Source of the DNA: an uncultured Methylomirabilota bacterium
GTDB lineage: Bacteria; Methylomirabilota; Methylomirabilia; Methylomirabilales; 2-02-FULL-66-22
Length of the DNA stretch: 64,000 bases
Reading direction: 5' to 3'
Assembly (NCBI GenBank): GCA_963845565.1
Contig: CAWJSJ010000001.1
Location: 32,001 to 96,000, forward strand
Below are positions 11,549-20,719 of the stretch, one piece after another. Within the stretch, counting starts at the first letter, position 1, and the number at the start of each line of letters is the position of its first letter. The notes under the pieces were generated by a model, which worked only from the letters and a program-made list of their open reading frames with translations, was not told the origin of the DNA and ran no database searches. The position numbers and the translations under genes are program-made.

Positions 11549-12625
11549 GGGGACGGTGTTGCCTTCGTGAACTTGCGACGATCCGCTGTCCCGCGCCGGC
11601 CTACCCTGCCCGCTTCGGAGGGACGTTCAATGCCGCGCCAAGCCCGCCTCGATGCCCCCGGCACCCTCCACCACGTGATCATCCGCGGCCTCGAGCGCGG
11701 CATGATCGTCCGCGATGACACCGACCGTGACGCCTTCGTGGCCCGACTCGGCGACGTCGCCCAGGCGACCCGGACCGCGATCTATGCCTGGGCGCTCCTG
11801 CCGAACCATGCCCATCTCTTACTCCGGAGCGGCCCCGGCGGCCTGCCGCGTTTCATGCGCCGCCTTCTCACGGGGTACGCCATCACCTTTAACCGCCGAC
11901 ACAAGCGAGTCGGGTATTTGTTCCAGAACCGTTACAAGTCCATTGTCTGCGAGGAAGATGCGTACTTCCGGGAGTTGGTGCGCTATATCCACCTGAATCC
12001 CTTGCGCGCGGAACTCGTCGAGAGCCTCCGGAGGCTCGCATGCTACCCGTGGTGCGGGCACGCGACGGTGCTCGGTCGCAACCCGCGACCGTGGCAAGAC
12101 CGGCAGGCTGTGCTGGCGTGGTTTGGGGAATCGGAGCACAGGGCGATCAACCGATACCGTGACTTTGTGCGGGAGGGGATTCCACTAGGACGCCGGCCCG
12201 ACCTCGTTGGGGGCGGCCTGGTGCGGTCTGCCGGCGGATGGGCGGAGGTACGGGCGCGGCACCGACACAACGAACCGGTGATGGGCGACCCCCGCATCCT
12301 CGGGGATGGGGAGTTTGTCGCCCAACTCCTTCGCGAGGCGGAGGCGCACCAGGCGGTCGCGTTACGGCGGAGCATAACGCCCGAAGAGATCGGTGCGGCG
12401 ATCCACAGAGTGTGCGCCACGAACCACCTGGCGGTGGAGGAGCTTCAAGCGGGGGGCCGCCGCGGGCGACTCTCGGCTATTCGCGCAGAGATCGCCCGCG
12501 TGTTGGTCACAACGCACGGGCTTTCCCTTGCTCAGACCGCCCGGCACCTTGGCGTCTCCACCACGGCGGTGTCTAAGATTCTCCGAAGGGCGGAGAGCTA
12601 AGTTTACGAAGGCAACACCGTCCCC
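11549..12625. mobile_element. Y1/RAYT transposase element bounded by a 26-bp inverted repeat
   Basis: ggggacggtgttgccttcgtgaactt (11549-11574) and aagtttacgaaggcaacaccgtcccc (12600-12625) match 25/26 as reverse complements and enclose only the transposase gene. Confidence 0.8.
11630..12601 (+). CDS. REP-associated-type HUH Y1 transposase with C-terminal DnaA-C-like HTH
   Basis: MPRQARLDAPGTLHHVIIRG, HUH motif NHAHLL, FQNRYKS, catalytic Tyr in YIHLNP, C-terminal GLSLAQTARHLGVSTTAVS. Confidence 0.9.
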   Translation: MPRQARLDAPGTLHHVIIRGLERGMIVRDDTDRDAFVARLGDVAQATRTAIYAWALLPNHAHLLLRSGPGGLPRFMRRLLTGYAITFNRRHKRVGYLFQNRYKSIVCEEDAYFRELVRYIHLNPLRAELVESLRRLACYPWCGHATVLGRNPRPWQDRQAVLAWFGESEHRAINRYRDFVREGIPLGRRPDLVGGGLVRSAGGWAEVRARHRHNEPVMGDPRILGDGEFVAQLLREAEAHQAVALRRSITPEEIGAAIHRVCATNHLAVEELQAGGRRGRLSAIRAEIARVLVTTHGLSLAQTARHLGVSTTAVSKILRRAES

Positions 12626-12677
12626 CAGACCGTCCCCCAGACCGGCACGAGGTTTTTGGTCACGGCATGCGTCGCGA

Positions 12678-13313
12678 TCACGGTTCGGTTGGGAGGATGG
12701 TGGTGGGAGTAACGGTGAAGATCCTATGCGGAGTGACGGTGACCGTGTGTTCGTTCTCCTTCCCGGACACCCGCAGGACGACCCGGTGGCGGCCCGGGGT
12801 CACGGCGTGGATCCCGAGGCCATCGCTCAGCCCTATCGGAACGCCATCCACGGCCGCTTCAGCATCGGCGGGAAGCTTGAAGAGCAAGAGGCCCGAGGCG
12901 TAAGGCGCCGTCTGGTCGCCGAGGGGAAAGGGGACGGCTGACGGCATGGGGGGAGGAGGCGGCCCGACCGCATAGGGGGCCGATGCGGAATAGCCACACG
13001 GAAAATAGAATCCCATGGACTGCGACCAGCAGTGGGTCGTCCCGCTGCCAGGATCGTAGTACGACAGGGAAGCGCCGGGCGGAATCGAGAAGCGGGTTCC
13101 GGGGAGGGGCCCTCCGCCGGGAAACAGCGTCGTCCCTGGGCCCGGAGCCCAGCCGTAGGTGTTATAAGCGCCCGGGCCGTGTGACCACCACTGTCGCCAC
13201 GCGGCAGCGGTTCGAGGCGAGGCGAGCAAGGTGAGAGTCGCAGCGAGGATTACCAGTAGGACGACGGCTCTCCGCAAGCCGTCCGTCGGTCGGCACTCTT
13301 TGGCCGCACGCAT
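12678..13313 (-). CDS. Exported G/P/Y-rich protein with C-terminal PEGA-like domain
   Basis: Signal-like VVLLVILAATLTLLA..AAA; tail LPADAEAAVDGVPIG...VTPGRHRVVLR; start uncertain. Confidence 0.6.
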   Translation of the reverse strand: MRAAKECRPTDGLRRAVVLLVILAATLTLLASPRTAAAWRQWWSHGPGAYNTYGWAPGPGTTLFPGGGPLPGTRFSIPPGASLSYYDPGSGTTHCWSQSMGFYFPCGYSASAPYAVGPPPPPMPSAVPFPLGDQTAPYASGLLLFKLPADAEAAVDGVPIGLSDGLGIHAVTPGRHRVVLRVSGKENEHTVTVTPHRIFTVTPTTILPTEP

Positions 13314-13716
13314 CAGGGGGAGGGGTCTACGCCTACGCTGGACGGTGGCTATCCATCGAGAGTCCATCGAGAATCCATGTTGAACCCATACCGCCTCACA
13401 CCGTGGGGCGATGATGGTCCGCCCTAACCGGTTTGTCAAGGCGTGAATTGACGACTGGATTGCGCAAGCGCCTCGACTGACGGTTACTCCGAAGCGTGGG
13501 ATAACGTCTACACCGCCCGCCGCGCTGCTCCGTTCGTGGGGAAGGCGCTCCCGTTTGCACCCGATGCGACGCAAGCGCTCGGCTCCCCCTCCGGACCTCT
13601 CCGAGAGGCGGTTCCGCCCCTCGTCGAGCTCTCCCCTAGACTGTACGGTTCTGCTCGGCGTGTCGCCTATTGTACGCACCGCACAGTCCGTCGAGGCGGG
13701 CGAGGGCGTGTTGCGA

Positions 13717-14991
13717 TCATCGCATGAACGCATTCGGCAGCAGCGTGACGACCTGGGGGATGAACGTGACGAAGGCGAGCGCGACGGTCATGGCGCCGAC
13801 GAAGGGCCAGATGTACGGCATGGCCTCGTCCAGGGTGGTGCGGCCGACCTTGCACGCGGCGATGAGATCCACGCCCACCGGCGGGGTGTTGGCGCCGATG
13901 GCCATGTTGACGGTGACCATGACGCCGAAGTGGACCGGGTCCATCCCCAGGCTGGTGACCAGGGGCATCAGGACGGGGACCACGATGATGATGATGGCGA
14001 TGGTCTCCATGAACGTGCCCAGGATCAGGAGCAGGACGTTGATCAGGAGCAGCAGGGCGTAGTAGTTGTTCGTGATGCCGAGGAAGAACTCGGCCATCTT
14101 CTGGGGGATCTGCTCGGCGGCCAGGATCCAGCCGAAGAGGGCCGCGGCCGAGATGATGAAGAGGATGATGCCCGTCGTCTCGGCCACGCGCAGGAAGATC
14201 GAGGGGAGCTGCCGGAGCGTCAGCGTCCGGTAGACGCAGAGGCCCAGGACCAGGGCATAGGCCGAGGCCGCCGCGGCCGCCTCGGTGGCGGTGAAGACGC
14301 CGGTGACGATGCCGCCGATGATGATGACCGGCGTGAGCAGCGACAGGAAGGCCTGCCGGAACGACGTACCGACCTTCCGCAGCGAAAAGGGGTCGCCGGG
14401 CGGAAGATTCATTCGCTTGGCGTAAACCCAGGCTAAGGCCATCAGGCAGAGGCCCGTGAAGACTCCCGGGATGAATCCCCCCAGGTAGAGCTTGCCGATC
14501 GAGGTCCCCGTCGTCACCCCCAGGATGATCATGACGATCGAGGGTGGGATGACCGTCCCAAGCGAGCCGGCGCAGCCCAGCAGGCTGCAGGAGAGGCCCT
14601 TCTTGTAGCCCTGCCGGTCCATGGCCGGCAGCATCAAGGAGCCGATGGCGGTGACGTCCGCCACGCCCGAGCCGGAGATGGCCCCGAAGAACATGCAGGA
14701 GATGACCATGACCATGGCCAGGCCGCCGGCGATGCGGCCGACCAGCGCGTTCGCGAACCCGATGATCCGCTCAGTGATATTGGCTTCGGACATGAGCTGG
14801 CCGGCCAGCAGGAAGAGCGGGATGGCGAGGAGGGGGAAGGAGTCGATCCCGATGGTCATCTGCTGGGCGATGACCGCCAGCGAGACGCTGCCGTAAAGGA
14901 GTAGATAGAGGACCGAGGCCACCCCGATGGCGACCGAGATGGGGATGCCCAGGACAACCGCCAGGAAGAAGCTGCCGACCAGGGCGATCAT
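13717..14991 (-). CDS. dctM: TRAP transporter large permease
   Basis: SFPLLAIPLF, FGAISGSGVAD, IPPSI, FTATEAA, DPVHFG, TPPVG motifs. Confidence 0.95.
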   Translation of the reverse strand: MIALVGSFFLAVVLGIPISVAIGVASVLYLLLYGSVSLAVIAQQMTIGIDSFPLLAIPLFLLAGQLMSEANITERIIGFANALVGRIAGGLAMVMVISCMFFGAISGSGVADVTAIGSLMLPAMDRQGYKKGLSCSLLGCAGSLGTVIPPSIVMIILGVTTGTSIGKLYLGGFIPGVFTGLCLMALAWVYAKRMNLPPGDPFSLRKVGTSFRQAFLSLLTPVIIIGGIVTGVFTATEAAAAASAYALVLGLCVYRTLTLRQLPSIFLRVAETTGIILFIISAAALFGWILAAEQIPQKMAEFFLGITNNYYALLLLINVLLLILGTFMETIAIIIIVVPVLMPLVTSLGMDPVHFGVMVTVNMAIGANTPPVGVDLIAACKVGRTTLDEAMPYIWPFVGAMTVALAFVTFIPQVVTLLPNAFMR

Positions 14992-15473
14992 GCCGCTTCT
15001 CGCGTGCGGAGGGCCTGAAGCTCCTGGAGGATCTGGAGGAGCAGGTACAGCATCATGAGGAGCGCCCCCACCGGCAGGGCCGCGTACACCAGCCCCATTG
15101 GGAGCTGCAGGGCCGTGGAGCGGTGGTGGGCCGTGATGTTGACGACGAGGCTGCCGCTGTAGACCAGCACTCCCAGGAAGGCGAGGATGACGAGGTTGGC
15201 TGCCAGGTGGATCCAGCGCTGCGTCCGCCGCGGCAGCCACGTCAGGCAGAGGGTGATGTTGATGTGGGCCTCGGTCTTCTGGGCGAGGGCCGCCGCCAGG
15301 AAACTCATCCAGATGAGCAGATAGCGCGGCAGCTCCTCGGACCAGAAGAGCGGCTGGCGCAAGACGTAGCGAAAGACGACCTGGAGGAAGACCACCAGCG
15401 CGATGCCCATGCTCAGGACGATGAGCACGCGCTCGATGCCGTAGGTCAGACGGCGGATCAGCGTCGAGTCCAT
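14988..15473 (-). CDS. dctQ: TRAP transporter small permease
   Basis: QVVFRY..WSEELPRYLLIWMSF..HI; four TM segments; between dctP and dctM. Confidence 0.93.
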   Translation of the reverse strand: MDSTLIRRLTYGIERVLIVLSMGIALVVFLQVVFRYVLRQPLFWSEELPRYLLIWMSFLAAALAQKTEAHINITLCLTWLPRRTQRWIHLAANLVILAFLGVLVYSGSLVVNITAHHRSTALQLPMGLVYAALPVGALLMMLYLLLQILQELQALRTREAA

Positions 15474-15500
15474 CCGAATGCTCGCATCAGTTTCGGGAGA

Positions 15501-15547
15501 CGGCGGGGCCGGGGTGTGGGGCAATCCCCGGCACCCCGGCCCCGCCG
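15501..15547. other. GC-rich stem-loop between dctP and dctQ
   Basis: Perfect 16-bp arms cggcggggccggggtg / caccccggccccgccg. Confidence 0.75.
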
Positions 15548-15572
15548 CCGGAAGGTGTCTGCACGCGCTCGC

Positions 15573-16547
15573 CTACTTGCGCGCCTTCTCGATCAGGTCG
15601 AAGAATTCCTTGCCGAACACATCCTCGTACTGCTTCCAGACGGGGGCGACGGCCTGGACGAAGAGGGCGTTGTTCGGGGTGTTGACCTGCATCCCCTTGG
15701 CCTTCAGCTTGGCCAGGAAGTCGTCGCTCGACTCCTGGACCATCTTGCGCTGCTTGTCCCGCCAGGTGAAGGCGACCTTCTGAATGGCCTGCTGGTCGGC
15801 CGCACTCACCTTGTCCCAGACCCCCTTGGCCGTCACCAACGTGGCGGAGGACCAGACATGGTTGGTGAGGGAGAGGTACTTCTGCACCTCGAAGAAGTTG
15901 CTCGAAAAGATGATGGCCAGCGGATTCTCCTGGCCGTCCACCGCGCCCTGCTGCAGGGCGGAGTAGAGCTCGGCAAAGGCCATGGGCACCGGCAGGGCGC
16001 CCAGCGCCTTGAAGGTGTCCAGGCGGATCTTGTCCGGCGTCACGCGCACCTTCAACCCCTTCAGGTCGTCCGGCACGGTGATGGCCCGCTTGCTGTTGGT
16101 CAGGTTGCGGAAGCCGTTCTCCCACCAGGCCAGCCCCTTGATGCCCTTCTTCTCCAGCAGCCCGAAGAGCCGATTCCCCGCCTCCCCGTCGAAGACCCGA
16201 TAGGCGTGCTGGTGGTCGCTGAAGGCGTAGGGCAAGCCCTCCAGGCCCAGCTTGGGCTCGATGTTCTGGAACGAGGCGCCGCCGATGAGGCCCATCTCGA
16301 CCGTGCCGAGCTGCAACCCCTCGATCATGGCCGTCTCGGTGCCAAGTTGGGAGTTCGGAAACACCTTGATCTCGACGCGCCCGGCCGTGACCACCTTCAC
16401 CTCGTCGGCGAAGCCGGAGGCGGCGACGTGCCAGTTGTGCGCCGGGGGCAGGACGTGGCCCAGCTTCAATACGGCCGCGTGGGCCGGCGCCGCCGCCAGG
16501 ATGGCCAGCGCGGCGACCGACAGGACAACGGTTCTGATCCTCTGCAT
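15573..16547 (-). CDS. dctP: TRAP substrate-binding protein
   Basis: Signal peptide; FPNSQLG, ENGFR, DLKGLKVR, ELYSALQQGAVDGQENP. Confidence 0.95.
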   Translation of the reverse strand: MQRIRTVVLSVAALAILAAAPAHAAVLKLGHVLPPAHNWHVAASGFADEVKVVTAGRVEIKVFPNSQLGTETAMIEGLQLGTVEMGLIGGASFQNIEPKLGLEGLPYAFSDHQHAYRVFDGEAGNRLFGLLEKKGIKGLAWWENGFRNLTNSKRAITVPDDLKGLKVRVTPDKIRLDTFKALGALPVPMAFAELYSALQQGAVDGQENPLAIIFSSNFFEVQKYLSLTNHVWSSATLVTAKGVWDKVSAADQQAIQKVAFTWRDKQRKMVQESSDDFLAKLKAKGMQVNTPNNALFVQAVAPVWKQYEDVFGKEFFDLIEKARK

Positions 16548-16572
16548 GCCTTCTCCTCCTCGTGACGTGCGG

Positions 16573-16677
16573 TTAGTCGTTGTCAAAGAATTAGTTGAGC
16601 GGAGACATTCCGAAACGGCATAAGGAGCCGTAACGAAATAGAAAGAGATGTATAGGTTATTTCGTAACGGCTCCTAA
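16573..16677. mobile_element. MITE-like two-hairpin element, copy 1
   Basis: Near-identical to 31878-31982 and 52483-52587; inner 51-bp unit GGAGCCGTAACGAAATA...TATTTCGTAACGGCTCC bracketed by TAA. Confidence 0.75.
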
Positions 16678-17847
16678 CCGATTGAGGCGCTGAATCCGTT
16701 CGAGGGCTTCGGTGAGTCTCGTCTCGGTGACGGTCAGCGCGGCGCGAAAGTACCCTTCCCCGTGCGGGCCGAAACCGGCCCCGGGCGTGACGACGATGCC
16801 GGCCCCGTCCAGCAGGCGCCGGCAAAACGATCCCGAGGTCTCGCCGCCGGGAATGCCCGCCCAGACGTAGAAGGTGGCCGTCGGCTTCTCCACCGCGAAA
16901 CCCAGCCGGCGCAGGCCATCCACGAACAGATCGCGGCGCCGCTGGAAGCGTACCCGCATGTCGTCCAGCAGCGCCGGATCGCCCGAGAGCGCCGCGATTC
17001 CGGCCCGCTGGACGACAGGAAAGATCCCGGTCTCGTAGTTCGATTTCACGGCGCCCAGGGCGGCGATGGCCTGGGCGTTGCCGACGACCACGCCGATCCG
17101 CCACCCGGTCATGAGATAGGTCTTGGAGAGGGAGTGAAACTCCACGCCGGTGCGGGCGCCGTCCGCAGCCTGCAGGAAGCTCGGCGGGCGGTGGCCGTCG
17201 AAGTAGACCTCGGAGTAGGCGTTGTCATGGCAGATCAGGATGTCGTGCGCTCGGCCGAAGGCGGCCAGCCGCTCGAAGAAGTCCGGCGTGGCCGTGGCCG
17301 CCGTCGGATTGTTCGGATAGTTCACGTGCATCAGGCGCACGCGGGAGAGGTCTTGACGGTCGAGGGCCGCCAGGTCCGGGAGCCAGCCGGTCCGGGCCGA
17401 CAGGGGGTAGTAGCGGGGAATGCCGCCTGCCAGGATGGTGCCTCCCTGGTAGGTCGGATACCCCGGGTCCGGACACAGGACTTCATCTCCCGGGTCCACG
17501 AACGCCAGATGGATGTGGCCGATGCCCTCCTTGGATCCGATCAGGGGGAGGACCTCGCTCTCGGGGTCCAGGACGACGCCGAAGCGGCGCCGGTACCAGT
17601 CGGCGAAGGCCTGGCGCAACTCGGCCATGCCGCGAAAGGAGGAGTAGTGGTGGTTCGCCCCGTCTTCCACGGCGGCGTGGGCCGCCTCGCGGATGTGGGG
17701 CGGGGTGGGAAGGTCGGGGTCACCCACGCCGAGGTCGATCACGTCCAGCCCGCGGCCGATCGCCTCCTGCTTCAGACGAACGATCTCGTCCATCAGATAG
17801 ACGGGCAGTTCGCCCATCCGTTTGGCCTTGCGTGTCGCACCACTCAT
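16657..17847 (-). CDS. Class I PLP aminotransferase, LL-diaminopimelate aminotransferase-like
   Basis: DVIDLGVGDPDLPTP, LIGSKEGIGH, NYPNNPT, DNAYSE, EFHSLSKTY.MTGWRIG; the last codons come from the MITE-like element. Confidence 0.85.
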   Translation of the reverse strand: MSGATRKAKRMGELPVYLMDEIVRLKQEAIGRGLDVIDLGVGDPDLPTPPHIREAAHAAVEDGANHHYSSFRGMAELRQAFADWYRRRFGVVLDPESEVLPLIGSKEGIGHIHLAFVDPGDEVLCPDPGYPTYQGGTILAGGIPRYYPLSARTGWLPDLAALDRQDLSRVRLMHVNYPNNPTAATATPDFFERLAAFGRAHDILICHDNAYSEVYFDGHRPPSFLQAADGARTGVEFHSLSKTYLMTGWRIGVVVGNAQAIAALGAVKSNYETGIFPVVQRAGIAALSGDPALLDDMRVRFQRRRDLFVDGLRRLGFAVEKPTATFYVWAGIPGGETSGSFCRRLLDGAGIVVTPGAGFGPHGEGYFRAALTVTETRLTEALERIQRLNRLGAVTK

Positions 17848-17988
17848 CGGAGATGATCCCGCCTCGATCCGACGCATCGCCGGGGCTGAATTGATCGGGC
17901 GCATGATCGATGATACGCCCGGCTTTGTCAAGGAGTTGCGACCGCGGTTGGCGCAACGGACCGGGCCGGGCGGCGGAGGGAAGGGCGG

Positions 17989-18375
17989 ATGGGACTGCAC
18001 ATGTCGGTGGCAGCGATGGACCTGGCCATCGCCAGGCTGGAGGCGAAAGCGGCAGTGCCCGTCTGGGCGATGGCGGGAGGGTTCTTCTCGGTCACGCGAA
18101 CGCCGGACGAACTGTCGGTGGTTGTGGAGCAGGCCCGGATTCCGTCGGGCACCCCGGCAGACGGCGGGTGGTGCGCGCTGAAGGTCGAGGGGTCGCTTCC
18201 GCTCTCGGCGGTCGGCATCCTGCATTCGATCACCGGACCGCTGGCCGGGGCGGGGATCAGCATCTTTGCGGTCTCGACCCACGACACGGATTACCTCCTG
18301 GTGAAGGCGGAGGCGATGGCGCAGGCAGTCCGCGCGCTGTCCGCGGCCGGCCACACGGTGGGCGGTCCGGCGTGA
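17989..18375 (+). CDS. Small ACT-domain protein (ACT_7/CASTOR-like)
   Basis: FSVTRTPDELSVV...GILHSITGPLAGAGISIFAVSTHDTDYLLVK. Confidence 0.85.
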   Translation: MGLHMSVAAMDLAIARLEAKAAVPVWAMAGGFFSVTRTPDELSVVVEQARIPSGTPADGGWCALKVEGSLPLSAVGILHSITGPLAGAGISIFAVSTHDTDYLLVKAEAMAQAVRALSAAGHTVGGPA

Positions 18376-18554
18376 CGCCGGTGGCCGACGCGGTCTCGGC
18401 GCCCTCGTACTGGCATGCGACTCGTCCGGCGCATGGGACAAATCCCGTTCTCTTGCCGTCCGGGTGGGTCGCTTCGGCTTGACATCGGTTGGGGATGCGG
18501 ATAAATGGTTCCCCGATTCGGCGCCATGCTCGCCTGTCGGCGGAGGGATACCGG

Positions 18555-19043
18555 GTGCGTCGCTACGATCTGATCAGCACGCTGTTTCTGATGGGGCTCG
18601 CCGTCTACGTGACGCTCAGCGGGGTCCGGCTGGGATTCGGCGAGTGGCGCGAACCGGGGCCGGGTTTTCTGGCGGTGCTCTCGGGCCTCACGCTCGGGGC
18701 GCTGGCCGGCGTCTGGTTCGGGATGACGCTGGTCAAGCGGTGGGGGGATGGGGGCGGAGCGCGCCGGTTCATTGCCGATGCGGGAGGTTTCCGCAAGGTC
18801 GGCCTGACGGCGGGGGCGCTAGTGGCGTTCGCGTTCCTTCTGGAGCCTCTGGGGTTTCCCCTGGCGACGCTCGCCTTCATGGTGTTCCTGCTGCGCGCCA
18901 TCGAGCCGCAGCGCTGGGGGCTGACACTGACGCTCTCGATCGTGACGATGGTCCTCTGCGTCCTCGTCTTCCAGGTCTGGCTGCAGGTGCAGTTCCCCGA
19001 AGGGCCGGTGAACATCCATACGCTCCGGAAGTGGATCTTCTAG
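18555..19043 (+). CDS. tctB: Tripartite tricarboxylate transporter TctB
   Basis: PGPGF motif, LLEPLGF, F..WLQVQFPEG; GTG start; upstream of tctA. Confidence 0.88.
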   Translation: MRRYDLISTLFLMGLAVYVTLSGVRLGFGEWREPGPGFLAVLSGLTLGALAGVWFGMTLVKRWGDGGGARRFIADAGGFRKVGLTAGALVAFAFLLEPLGFPLATLAFMVFLLRAIEPQRWGLTLTLSIVTMVLCVLVFQVWLQVQFPEGPVNIHTLRKWIF

Positions 19044-19044
19044 C

Positions 19045-20547
19045 ATGGACACCATCGCGAGTCTCGCCAGTGGCTTCTGGGTCGCCGTGCAGCCGGTGAA
19101 TCTGCTGGTGTGCTTCGTCGGGGTGTTCATCGGGACGCTGATCGGCGTGCTGCCAGGCATCGGTCCGCTGGGGGCCATCGCGTTGCTCCTGCCGTCCACG
19201 CTGTACGTCTCGCCCGTCTCGTCGCTCATCCTGCTCTGCGGGATTTATTACGGGGCAATGTACGGGGGGTCGACGACCTCCGTGCTCCTGAACATCCCCG
19301 GCGAGGCGGCGAGCGTGGTCACCTGCATCGACGGCTACGAGATGGCGAAGCAGGGTCGCGCGGGCCCGGCGCTGGGTATCGCCGCCTTTGGCTCCTTCAT
19401 CGGCGGAACGATCTGCGTGCTCCTGCTCGCCCTCCTGGCACCGCCGCTGGCGCGGTTCGCGCTGCGGTTCGGCCCCCCGGAGTATTTCTCGCTGATGGTT
19501 CTGGGGTTGACGATCCTGATCTATCTCGCCAACGGACCGATCCTCAAGGCCCTGATGATGGCAACGCTCGGCCTGATGCTGGGCATCGTCGGGACCGACA
19601 CCATCAGCGGTCGGCAGCGGTTCACCTTCGGGGTGCTCGAACTGGGCGACGGTATCGGGATCATCCCCGTTGTCATGGGGCTCTTCGGGATCTCCGAGGT
19701 GCTCCTCAACGTGGAGAAGGTCTTTGTCCGCGACGTCATCGCGACAAAGATTCGAGGACTCCTGCCGACGCGGCAGGATTGGCGGGAGAGTTGGGCGCCG
19801 ATTTTCCGGGGGACATTCCTCGGCTTCTTCCTGGGTATTCTGCCGGGCGGCGGCGCCGTCCTCGCCTCGTTCGCGTCGTACGCGGTCGAGAAGAAAGTCT
19901 CGAAGCATCCGGAACGGTTCGGTAAGGGTGCCATCGAGGGGGTGGCGGGGCCCGAGACGGCCAACAACACGGCCACGGCGGGGGCGATGATCCCGCTGCT
20001 CACGCTGGGGGTGCCCAACAACGGCGTGACGGCGCTGATGCTGGGCGCACTGGTGATCCACGGGCTCCAGCCCGGCGCGCTGCTGATGAAGGAGCAGCCG
20101 GCGCTCTTCTGGGGGACGATCGCCAGCATGTACCTGGGGAACGCCATGCTGCTGGTGCTGAACCTCCCCCTGATCGGCCTGTGGGTCCAGGTCCTGCGGG
20201 TACCCTATCCCATTCTGTTCCCGTTGATCCTGCTCTTCTGCCTGATCGGCGTCTACAGTGTGAGTAACAGCGTGGTGGAGATCTGGTTCATGCTGCTCTT
20301 CGGGGTGCTCGGGTACCTGATGAAGAAGTTCGAGTATGAAAGCCCGCCCCTCGTCCTGGCGCTGATCCTCGGGCCGATGTTCGAGAATGCCCTGCGGCAG
20401 TCGCTGATCCTGTTCGACGGGAATCCCACGGTGTTCCTGACCCGGCCCTTGTCGGCCGCGTTTCTGGTCGTGTCCCTCCTCCTGCTGATGAGCAACGTCG
20501 TGCCCTGGATCCGGGGCAAGAAACACCTGCTGGCGGAGGCGGATTGA
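19045..20547 (+). CDS. tctA: Tripartite tricarboxylate transporter TctA
   Basis: GVLPGIG, YYGAMYGGSTTSVLLNIPGE, EGVAGPETANN. Confidence 0.96.
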   Translation: MDTIASLASGFWVAVQPVNLLVCFVGVFIGTLIGVLPGIGPLGAIALLLPSTLYVSPVSSLILLCGIYYGAMYGGSTTSVLLNIPGEAASVVTCIDGYEMAKQGRAGPALGIAAFGSFIGGTICVLLLALLAPPLARFALRFGPPEYFSLMVLGLTILIYLANGPILKALMMATLGLMLGIVGTDTISGRQRFTFGVLELGDGIGIIPVVMGLFGISEVLLNVEKVFVRDVIATKIRGLLPTRQDWRESWAPIFRGTFLGFFLGILPGGGAVLASFASYAVEKKVSKHPERFGKGAIEGVAGPETANNTATAGAMIPLLTLGVPNNGVTALMLGALVIHGLQPGALLMKEQPALFWGTIASMYLGNAMLLVLNLPLIGLWVQVLRVPYPILFPLILLFCLIGVYSVSNSVVEIWFMLLFGVLGYLMKKFEYESPPLVLALILGPMFENALRQSLILFDGNPTVFLTRPLSAAFLVVSLLLLMSNVVPWIRGKKHLLAEAD

Positions 20548-20557
20548 GGCCCCGGGA

Positions 20558-20690
20558 AAGCAGGCAGTGGGCAGCTGGCAGCGAGCAGGCGGCAGCGAGC
20601 AGAGCGGCAAGGGCAGAACGAGAGGCGGGAAGGCACCAGGGGCGAGGTGACGAGGATACGATCAGACAATCGACAACCGACAACTGCAGG
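20558..20690. repeat. Degenerate 7-mer arrays
   Basis: gcaggca/gtgggca/gctggca/gcgagca run, then gacaatc gacaacc gacaact. Confidence 0.7.
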
Positions 20691-20719
20691 CTGGCGAGAA
20701 TGTGAAGGAGGGAGGAGCG

